DNA from: a virus
Taxonomy: Duplodnaviria > Caudoviricetes
Direction: 5' to 3' (one strand)
IMG/VR virus record: IMGVR_UViG_3300031519_000198
Location: 1 to 25,474 of that record
DNA length: 25,474 nucleotides
Positions 1-7,600 of the stretch are shown here, one piece after another. Made by a program: the position numbers and the translations under genes. Every line of letters starts with the position of its first letter. The first letter of the stretch is position 1. The notes under the pieces are model-generated. The model was given only the letters and a program-made list of their open reading frames with translations. It had not been told where the DNA came from and did not search any database.

Positions 1-24
1 AGAAGGCAATTCTTCTTTAGACAT
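1..24 (-). CDS. 5' start of the next gene (MSKEELPS...), truncated by the window edge; product unknown
   Basis: ATG at 24..22 on the minus strand, open to position 1, 41 nt after the gp16 stop and downstream of a TAAATA core. Only 8 codons visible. Confidence 0.55.
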
Positions 25-42
25 TCTATTAGTAACTATTTT

Positions 43-66
43 ACTTTGGGATTTCTCTCCCGAAGT
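43..66. other. Intergenic inverted repeat / stem-loop
   Basis: ACTTTGGGA-TTTCTC-TCCCGAAGT: 9-bp stem (one G-U pair as plus-strand RNA, one C-A mismatch as minus-strand RNA), 6-nt loop. A U-rich tail follows only on the plus strand. Confidence 0.6.
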
Positions 67-497
67 TATTTAGTATCCTCCTTCAGTCCGTCCTTTAACA
101 TTTTTGCAAGTTCTGCTGTAGATCCTACAAAAAGAGCATTATTTACAGTAGATGGACCTTTAGATGTTTTTTCTTCTTCAACATCTTTTAATTTTTTCTG
201 AAGATCCATCAGTTTATCTGTTGCATCGGCAACATTTTTAATCAACTGACCTGCAACTTCATATGCTCTAGGCATTTCACTTTCTTGTGCAAGTTCAAGA
301 ATACCATTTATTGCTTCTTGTCCCTTTTCAATTATGGAATATAAATTTCCTCTCGTATAATCATAATCTTTTTTTACATCATCAACAGTTTCTCTTATTT
401 TTTCAACTTTTTTTTCCATCACTTCCGGTTGAATGAGATCATCATCTGTGTTAAATGTTTCGTTCAGTCCGTCAAATTTTTTTGTCATAGATGCCAT
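66..497 (-). CDS. gp16: Terminase small subunit (T4 gp16-like), 143 aa
   Basis: Motifs DYDYTRGNLYSIIEKGQEAINGILELAQESEMPRAYEVAGQLIK and NNALFVGSTAEL typical of T4-like TerS; directly after gp15 with TAATG overlap. Alternative Met three codons downstream. Confidence 0.93.
   Translation of the reverse strand: MASMTKKFDGLNETFNTDDDLIQPEVMEKKVEKIRETVDDVKKDYDYTRGNLYSIIEKGQEAINGILELAQESEMPRAYEVAGQLIKNVADATDKLMDLQKKLKDVEEEKTSKGPSTVNNALFVGSTAELAKMLKDGLKEDTK
67..74 (-). promoter_or_regulatory. Putative T4-type late promoter core (ACTAAATA)
   Basis: TAAATA core of the gp55 late consensus TATAAATA, overlapping the last codons and stop of gp16, upstream of the ATG at 24. Confidence 0.45.
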
Positions 498-1495
498 TAG
501 AACCCACCACTAAATCCAAAATCGTCACCAGTTTGAATAAGAGCATTATCTGCGGCATCAATTTTATGAACTGCTGCTCCGCCCAAATGATTTGAAATTG
601 TACTTCCATCCTGACCACGGTTGACGGTAATTTTATTACCAGTAATTGATTTGATGAACATTTCTTCTCCATCAATATCGATATAAGTTCCTTTCGTTAA
701 AGTAGAACCATCCGCAACTTCAAATGTTTTTGCAGATATGGTTATGTCTGCAGTAAGAGTGGTTGCTGCATCTCCAGTATAATTTTTGATTGCTCTTGGA
801 GTTGCTGAGTATGAAACTTCTCTTGTTGTATTTGAAGTATCCGTTCCAGTGAGATAACTGACAGTAGCCTTTTTGATGACATCCTTGGTTGCAGAAGATG
901 CAGGACCAAATAGATATGTTTTTGCAGTAAATCTAAATGTATAAAGAAGAACTCTTCTAGAGGTAAAGTCTCCTTCATAATCATCTTGCATAGTGATATT
1001 TTCCAAGATTATTGGAACATCTCTTTTTTCTTTAATAGATTCAACCAACTCTACTGAAAGGTTATATGCTGGTTGAAAGTATGGTAAGATTTGTTCTACA
1101 ATTTGCAATGCATCATCATTTAATTTTGCCATAACAGACAGTTCAAACTGCATGTTATATGGAACTGGCATATATGCCTTCTTTGTCTCAGTTCCATCAT
1201 CCGGATCTTTGACTGTAAATTTTTGGGTTGTGGATACTTTCCTTGATGGATCATAAGTTAATCCAGTAAACTCAAAAGACATCCTCGGCAAAGTAATTGC
1301 AAAGGGTTTATTGAGGTCTGGAGACTGCTCTAGTCTTGCTAAAAACTTCTGGGTAGGTCCATATGCCAAAGGAACTTTTACAACGCTTACAACGTTATCT
1401 GAGGAGTCTTCATGCTTAATGCTAATATCATTGAAAAGCGTACCAAAAGATATAATGGTTCTCCTCAATATTTCGTTGTAAAAATATTCAAACAT
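497..1495 (-). CDS. gp15: Tail sheath stabilizer / tail terminator (T4 gp15-like), 332 aa, with extra domain near the C-terminus
   Basis: YFYNEILRRTIISFGTLFN, VPLAYGPTQKFLARL, LPRMSFE, DDALQIVEQILPYFQP and terminal DDFGF motifs; between gp14 and gp16. Confidence 0.95.
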   Translation of the reverse strand: MFEYFYNEILRRTIISFGTLFNDISIKHEDSSDNVVSVVKVPLAYGPTQKFLARLEQSPDLNKPFAITLPRMSFEFTGLTYDPSRKVSTTQKFTVKDPDDGTETKKAYMPVPYNMQFELSVMAKLNDDALQIVEQILPYFQPAYNLSVELVESIKEKRDVPIILENITMQDDYEGDFTSRRVLLYTFRFTAKTYLFGPASSATKDVIKKATVSYLTGTDTSNTTREVSYSATPRAIKNYTGDAATTLTADITISAKTFEVADGSTLTKGTYIDIDGEEMFIKSITGNKITVNRGQDGSTISNHLGGAAVHKIDAADNALIQTGDDFGFSGGF

Positions 1496-1507
1496 TTTTA
1501 ATTCTAC

Positions 1508-1529
1508 AATATCTCAAGTATAAGATATT
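1508..1529. other. Short intergenic inverted repeat
   Basis: AATATCT (1508-1514) and AGATATT (1523-1529) are perfect reverse complements with an 8-nt spacer; AT-rich and weak. Confidence 0.35.
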
Positions 1530-1530
1530 T

Positions 1531-1538
1531 TATTTAGG
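1531..1538 (-). promoter_or_regulatory. Putative late promoter core (CCTAAATA) for gp15-gp16
   Basis: TAAATA core built on the gp14 TAA stop, about 35 nt upstream of the gp15 ATG. Confidence 0.5.
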
Positions 1539-2982
1539 GCATTCCAAATGGGTTCTGCTCACTGAAGTCTATGATACTATCTGCTTCTGCTTCAATATTA
1601 ATATTGTCAGCAAATCCATCATCTATTGGTTGAACATCAATAACACGTAACTCATAAGAAGCACCAGAAGTTGCACCTACTAAAGTTTCTCCTGAAACAA
1701 AATCTCCAGAAATTGTTCCAACTATAAGAACATTAGTTGATGCATCCCATGTTCTAACTCTTGCTGTAGTTCCACTAGAAGAACCAGTGATAATTTCATT
1801 AAACGCAAATGTGCCAGAACCATTACTCTCCGCACTATCAACAACAATCGTTGGGGCAACAGAATATCCAAGACCTGCATTTGTAATATAGATGTTAGTT
1901 ATAGTTCCAGCAGCACTAACTATGGCAGTTGCAGCAGCAGAAACTGTAGTAACTCCGGTCAAAAATACTTCATTTGTAAAATTAATTGTTGGATTATCGA
2001 TATATCCAGAACCACCTGATGTTATTGTTACAATACCTACAACACCATTTCCAATTGTAGTTGTGGCAGCTGCTCCAACTCCATTTCCTCCCCCAGAAAA
2101 TTTTACTCCAGGTGCTACAGTATATCCAGCACCTGAATTGGCAACATTAACTGCCTGAACTGATTGTAATCTTGAATTTGCATTGAGGTTACAGACATTA
2201 ATGCCACCAATCATAGTGGCAATACCAATTGCTGTTGTACCGCCTGCTGGAGCGGACGTGACACCCACTGTAGGGACACTACCGTACCCACCGCCTCTAT
2301 TCGTAATTGTGAAGAATCGGACTCCTCCATCAAATATACTAACAGTTGCAGCTGCAGTTGAACTTGTGCCGACTAATGTAAGAGTTTGAGTTGGACCTTG
2401 AATAGTATTAATTCCATCATCAGTTGATCCATCATAATTTTCGCCAATTAAATTGTTATCAACTTCTTCAACTCCAGTTGAAATAACCTCATCTTCCAAC
2501 TGAAAGAGTTCACAATAAAGTTCATATATGTAAAGGTTCTGTAATTGATAATATGGTTTTGCATATTCTACATCTTTTATCTCATAAATTCTATCATCAA
2601 GAGGAAACCAAATTAAATCTCCACTTTTAGGTCTTGTTGATAATTTTATATTTGATTGATCTTGAATCAGTGGAGTTATATAGTTTTCAAATCTTTCTTT
2701 TGATATAATAAGTCTTACTTCATCTTTAGATTCTATACCAAATTTTGATAATAAATTTCCTGCTCCAGAATATTGATCATAATTGTCAATATATGCTTCT
2801 AAAGGAAGTGCTATATCAAATTTTGACTGGACAACTTCTCTTATTACAGTATTTTCTGATAGATACTTTCTAGGTAGATAAAAAATATCTACTCCATAAG
2901 TTCTAAGTTGCTCATTTATTAAATCCTGAACAAGATTTTGCTCAGAAGATGTTCCTTGAGAGAAAAAGGGATTTAATACCAT
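1534..2982 (-). CDS. gp14: Neck protein (T4 gp14-like), 482 aa, with Gly/Ala/Thr-rich repeat insertion
   Basis: N-terminal LNPFF..G..SEQNLVQDLINEQLRTYG.D.FYLPR, LLSKFG, RPKSGDLIWFPL and C-terminal IDFSEQNPFG motifs; follows gp13 with TGATG overlap. Confidence 0.93.
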   Translation of the reverse strand: MVLNPFFSQGTSSEQNLVQDLINEQLRTYGVDIFYLPRKYLSENTVIREVVQSKFDIALPLEAYIDNYDQYSGAGNLLSKFGIESKDEVRLIISKERFENYITPLIQDQSNIKLSTRPKSGDLIWFPLDDRIYEIKDVEYAKPYYQLQNLYIYELYCELFQLEDEVISTGVEEVDNNLIGENYDGSTDDGINTIQGPTQTLTLVGTSSTAAATVSIFDGGVRFFTITNRGGGYGSVPTVGVTSAPAGGTTAIGIATMIGGINVCNLNANSRLQSVQAVNVANSGAGYTVAPGVKFSGGGNGVGAAATTTIGNGVVGIVTITSGGSGYIDNPTINFTNEVFLTGVTTVSAAATAIVSAAGTITNIYITNAGLGYSVAPTIVVDSAESNGSGTFAFNEIITGSSSGTTARVRTWDASTNVLIVGTISGDFVSGETLVGATSGASYELRVIDVQPIDDGFADNINIEAEADSIIDFSEQNPFGMP

Positions 2983-3815
2983 CAGCCTATCATATCAAGT
3001 GGTGGAAGTTCATATGTATTTGACATCTGCTCTCTAATTATTTCCAAATCTCTTTGGGCATCATCATATATTTGCCTTCCGTTAAGTTCTATACCACCAG
3101 GTAATTTGACTCCTTGAAATTTAATTAAATTTTGACCCCATTGTCTTTTAATTAATGCTGTCAAATATCTTTTTAAAAAGGAATCATTATACACCCGAGT
3201 AAAATCATTTGGATCTAAAAGTCTCCAACAATCCAAAACAATATATTCGTTTGGTGCAACGGTGCCCCAATCTATATCCAAATATAATCTGTCTTGTCTT
3301 TGATTAAATCTAATTTGACTTTCAGTATTCAGTAAAAAATCAATATCAGCAAGTGTTGTCTTTGTCATTGCATATGTTAACATCTCCATCGAACTGAAGA
3401 AGTATATATCATTCAAAAATAATTGATATTTTAGACTAAACATTCCACCTGATATTGTGTTGCTATCAAATCTAAAAATTTTATTAACGCCAATTACTGA
3501 GGGTGGAACCTGAATATAATTACTATTCTCAGTATAACTAAATGTTTTTGCTGTTCCAACAATAGTTGTATCTACTGTTGTTGTTACAATCCCTACCGAA
3601 TTCGTTCCCCTTCCTCTATCAATATCTTCTTGAGTTATCTTATATTTTAAATATGTCTGTACTACTCCATCAAAATGTCTTTCATGAAAATATTGTAGCG
3701 CATCATCTACAAGATCGTCTACTTGCTCATCGGCAATATTAATTTCAAGGACTGGAGCCCCCAATTGCCTTTTGCAATAATTGATTAAATCTGATCTACT
3801 TGCTGGTTGTGCCAT
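2982..3815 (-). CDS. gp13: Neck protein (T4 gp13-like), 277 aa
   Basis: YCKRQLGAPVLEINI, ALQYFHERHFDG, KRQWGQNLIKFQGVKLPGGIELNG and terminal ELPPLDMIG motifs. Confidence 0.95.
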   Translation of the reverse strand: MAQPASRSDLINYCKRQLGAPVLEINIADEQVDDLVDDALQYFHERHFDGVVQTYLKYKITQEDIDRGRGTNSVGIVTTTVDTTIVGTAKTFSYTENSNYIQVPPSVIGVNKIFRFDSNTISGGMFSLKYQLFLNDIYFFSSMEMLTYAMTKTTLADIDFLLNTESQIRFNQRQDRLYLDIDWGTVAPNEYIVLDCWRLLDPNDFTRVYNDSFLKRYLTALIKRQWGQNLIKFQGVKLPGGIELNGRQIYDDAQRDLEIIREQMSNTYELPPLDMIG

Positions 3816-3837
3816 ATATTCACAAGTTTCCTAAATG

Positions 3838-3845
3838 TATTTATG
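3838..3845 (-). promoter_or_regulatory. Putative late promoter (CATAAATA) for gp13-gp14
   Basis: 7/8 match to TATAAATA, contains the TAA stop of the 128-aa gene, 22 nt upstream of the gp13 ATG. Confidence 0.7.
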
Positions 3846-4227
3846 GTGCTGAAGAAACTGGATTGATTACCATTACATTGCCACTCGCAAGAGCATAGGT
3901 TGTAGAACCTTTACTTACCAATACATCAAACATATATCTTCCTTCTGTAGTTCCTCTAGTATTTACTGCACTTAATGACAATTTAATTTTGCCATCATAT
4001 GCACTGGTAAATCCAACTGTCAACGAACTAGTTATTCCTAAAGTAGCTCCAACCGCAACACTTTTTGATATTGCTGCAGATCCAGAATATTCAGTCAAAT
4101 CGAATGCAGTATTTGATGTACTAAGAACATTTAAATCTGCAGAAAAATCTGCTCCACCATACATGGTCAAATTTATTCCATAAGGAACTCCTGAGTCAGG
4201 ATCAAAAGTAATGTTTTTAGTTGCCAT
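3841..4227 (-). CDS. Small beta-sandwich (Ig/BppU-N-like) putative virion protein, 128 aa
   Basis: Pattern NL...GADF...DLT.Y...G.IKLSLS...GRY.FDVLV...G.V.V.P, which I recognise from small structural proteins of T4-like cyanophages; overlaps the upstream gene by 11 nt. Confidence 0.7.
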   Translation of the reverse strand: MATKNITFDPDSGVPYGINLTMYGGADFSADLNVLSTSNTAFDLTEYSGSAAISKSVAVGATLGITSSLTVGFTSAYDGKIKLSLSAVNTRGTTEGRYMFDVLVSKGSTTYALASGNVMVINPVSSAP

Positions 4228-4399
4228 CTACTATTCCTATTAGTTTCATTGTTTCTTGTTGCTTATAATAAAGTTTGCAAAAGGACTTTGCAATGTTCTT
4301 TAATTCATCAGGATCATTACAACTATCTATCTCTGATGCCACTTTAGTATAAGCAAATTGCTTTGACAGATTACTTAGTTCTATGCTATCGGGATCCAT
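4217..4399 (-). CDS. 60-aa two-helix protein, candidate NblA-like phycobilisome degradation adaptor
   Basis: The ORF is well supported (overlaps both neighbours, tiles the operon). IELSNLSKQF...K.A.EI....DELK resembles the NblA pattern (IELSLEQQF, helix-loop-helix, about 60 aa). Function is inferred. Confidence 0.5.
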   Translation of the reverse strand: MDPDSIELSNLSKQFAYTKVASEIDSCNDPDELKNIAKSFCKLYYKQQETMKLIGIVDGN

Positions 4400-4613
4400 T
4401 TAATAACTCCTTTAATAGAGATTTAATTTCATTTAACTCACCCTGCATATTAGCAAAATTTTCTTCAATATTTTGTATCTTATCATTCTTTTCGGTTTTT
4501 ACCTCACGTCTTGATAGATATTGATTATACTCCAAGGTATTTACATTAACAACTGCATTTGTTTTAGGATCTCTTGCGAGATCCTTATGCCCTTCTAAAT
4601 CATAAAAATCCAT
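4386..4613 (-). CDS. Hypothetical protein with C-terminal coiled coil, 75 aa
   Basis: Starts 1 nt after the VrlC stop; EGH.DL.RDPKTNAVVN N-terminus and ELNEIKSLLKELL heptads, a type of small gene commonly found after VrlC in cyanomyoviruses. Confidence 0.75.
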   Translation of the reverse strand: MDFYDLEGHKDLARDPKTNAVVNVNTLEYNQYLSRREVKTEKNDKIQNIEENFANMQGELNEIKSLLKELLNGSR

Positions 4614-4614
4614 A

Positions 4615-7600
4615 TTATGCTAATGCAATTACTCTCAAATCTTTGATCCTTGGAACAAAACATTGAGTATTGGATGACAATGAAAGTTTTACTCTATAAG
4701 TTCTAAATTCTGGGAGTTGATCAACCGTAAATGTATACTCCCTATAGTCAACATTTTCACTATCAAATGCCTTTGTATTAGACTTAACAACATAAGAATC
4801 AGATTCTCCATTGTTATTTTCTTTAGCAATTACCTGTCCCCTAGAATTGATATTTGAATATCCTGGGAAGGGAGTAAATATTGGATCAAATCCAGGTTCA
4901 TTATTTACTGCAAAGAATGCTCTAATGTCAGATTCTTTTCCAATATGAGCAGCAACAATAATTTTAATTGATGATGCTGAATTTTCAAGAACAATTTCTT
5001 TAGAAATGTATTGACATCCTGTAGGATCTTCCTGAACACTGTCAACTCTAGAATCTGTTGCATAGTTTGTAATAATATTATTAACTCTATTTGAGGTAAT
5101 AATGGCATTAACTCTCTGAGCATCAATAACCGGACTTATACGACTATCTGTAGTGTTCAGTGCCAGACTCATTTGCATAGACTTACCACCAATAACATTA
5201 GTTAATTTCAAATCTTCATTCACTTTAGATGCAATCATTCTTGGAGTATCAAAATAATTTTTTTGATTTATGGAAATATTTTCAAGTCCAGAATCTACGT
5301 ATGGAATTTCATTACCACTGAAACTCTTACTTGTTGTTGTTCTTATCTGAGCAGTAATATTTGTTCCAGGAACTGTAAGATTTTGAACCTGAGGAGTAAT
5401 AATTTCAAATGGCATATTTTGAGTAGCCCTTATATTTCTACCTCCAGTAGATTTTGTACTTCCAATATAAAGTTTTGGATATCCAACATCAGTGCTTCTA
5501 TCAGTTCCATTAGAACTTAAATCAACTTTAACTTTATATGAGTCAAAAGTGAATGGATCTAATTGAGTCACATTATTTAAATTGTGAGTAGTATTAATTC
5601 TATTCAGATTAATACCAGAGTTTTCATACTTAAATACTGGAGTTCCAACTGGGTAACTTCTTGGTTCACTTCCCCTAATAATGCTACCACCAATACTATT
5701 TCCAGAAACATTTGTGTATTGAATAATTTCTTCACCAATTAAAAGATATCCAGCGTTAGTAGTTCCAACACCAACACCTTCAAATGATGAGAATGTTGTT
5801 GCTCCACCAACTACAATAGAACCTGTAGATCCAGAAGTATACTCCGCAGTTAGTTTTGTTGGTCTAATATCGGGAGCAACTCCAGATATTGCAACACGAT
5901 TATCCGCAAAATACATTCCATGATTCTGATGATTTACTATGAAGTGCAATCCATCATCATCTACATTGATATTTGAAATTTGAACATCTCCACCAACTCC
6001 TCCGGGAAGTCCATAGTTAAGTTCTGTTGTAATTCCTGCGCTGCTAGTATACATTATAGTATTAGCAGATCCAACAATAAATTCACCTTGAACAGAATTA
6101 AAAATCAATTCGTTAGTTTGTCCAATACCAGCAACAGTAAGTCTTGCATTTGTTCCAATTGTTGCTATTCCTATTGTGGAAATTCCGAGAACATCACCAA
6201 CTTGATAACCAGATCCACCATTATTAGAAACAGTTGCTCCACTAGAAACTATAGTACCATTTACAATGGTAATGTCTGCTTGAGCACCTCTTCCATTTCC
6301 AGTAATTGTTACAAGATTGACACCAGAGAATGTAAGACTTGCATCTGCAGGAGTATATCCAAGACCGGCATTACTTATCCCAAGTCCTCCACTTACTGAT
6401 CCAGCAGTTCCTACAAGATTTCCACTTGCATTTGTTTTTTGTTGTGTAAAAGTATTTCCAATTTCATATCCAGCATCTGCAACTGTAGTTCCAAGACCAA
6501 CTCTAATTTGTCTAGAGTTCATAATAATTGAATCTGGAAGGAGATTTGGAATTTGATTATTTCCTCTCGTAAGTTCAGGACTATAGAACTCTACATTACC
6601 ATTTTCAAGGAAATCTGCTCTATAAAGAGTAAACTTAAGATCTTCCCATTGACTGGGTTCCCATGTAGACGCATTCTGAGACTTAAAGAGAGATCCAAGA
6701 TATGGTTGGTTTGAAATGAACGTATCAGTTAAAAGATCGACTTCACCAATTCTTGAAATATAAACACTATACTTGGTTGAGTTAGATGCCAAGCAAATTG
6801 CATATTCTGTTCCACCTTCACAATAGACGGGAGCCTTAAACTGAACATTAGTTGCAACAGACCCATCTGCAGAAGTCTGAACCTCATCCGGATCAAGGAC
6901 AATTTCAGAGAATGGAAGAACTTTTGGAGAAGGTACTCCATTAACCATTGATCTAAGTTGGAAGACGACTGGAATATCCATGTCATCTTTTGTTCTAAAG
7001 AACACATCACAACTAGTGAGGAAGCATCCTGTGTTATCTTCGACTAAGAAAGATTGTGCAAGTGGATCATACCAGGTAAGAATTCTTTGAGTTCTATTTA
7101 CTGAGGAAACTACAACTGATTCAACAACTTCTGTTCCAAGATCTCTATTTACATTTCTAACTTGGAATTCATTTTTCAGTTCAACTCTTGCATTTCTAAC
7201 TGAAATAATATTTTCTTGAACCGTCTCTAAAGTTCCTGTAGAAGCAAATGATTCTTCTGCTATAGTAACCGATTGATCTTGATTATTGTCAATATCATCA
7301 GTTAATGTAAATACTTTAGTTCCAGTCTCAAATCTTGGGAAACTCATGATGTTTGGATCAGGAATATAATAACTACCAATCAAAGTAGCAGATATATCAG
7401 AAACAAGTCTTGCATTAGATACTTTAGCAATAGCACCACTAAGTTTTCCACGAAGAACCATTCCTTCTTGAACCCAACCATAATATTGACCTTGTGCCTC
7501 ATTAGAAAGTGAGAACGTGTCAACATTTAAAATAGTTGATGTTGAGGAATATGCAGCAGATAAATCCTGAGTATTGTATGGATTTTGGCGGAAAGTCTTT

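Noticed and set aside
408-415. A8 run in gp16 (GAA AAA AAA GTT) as a frameshift or slippage site; similar run at 22033-22040
   Set aside because: Such runs are expected in AT-rich Lys-rich coding DNA; both genes are intact in one frame and I saw no meaningful alternative product.
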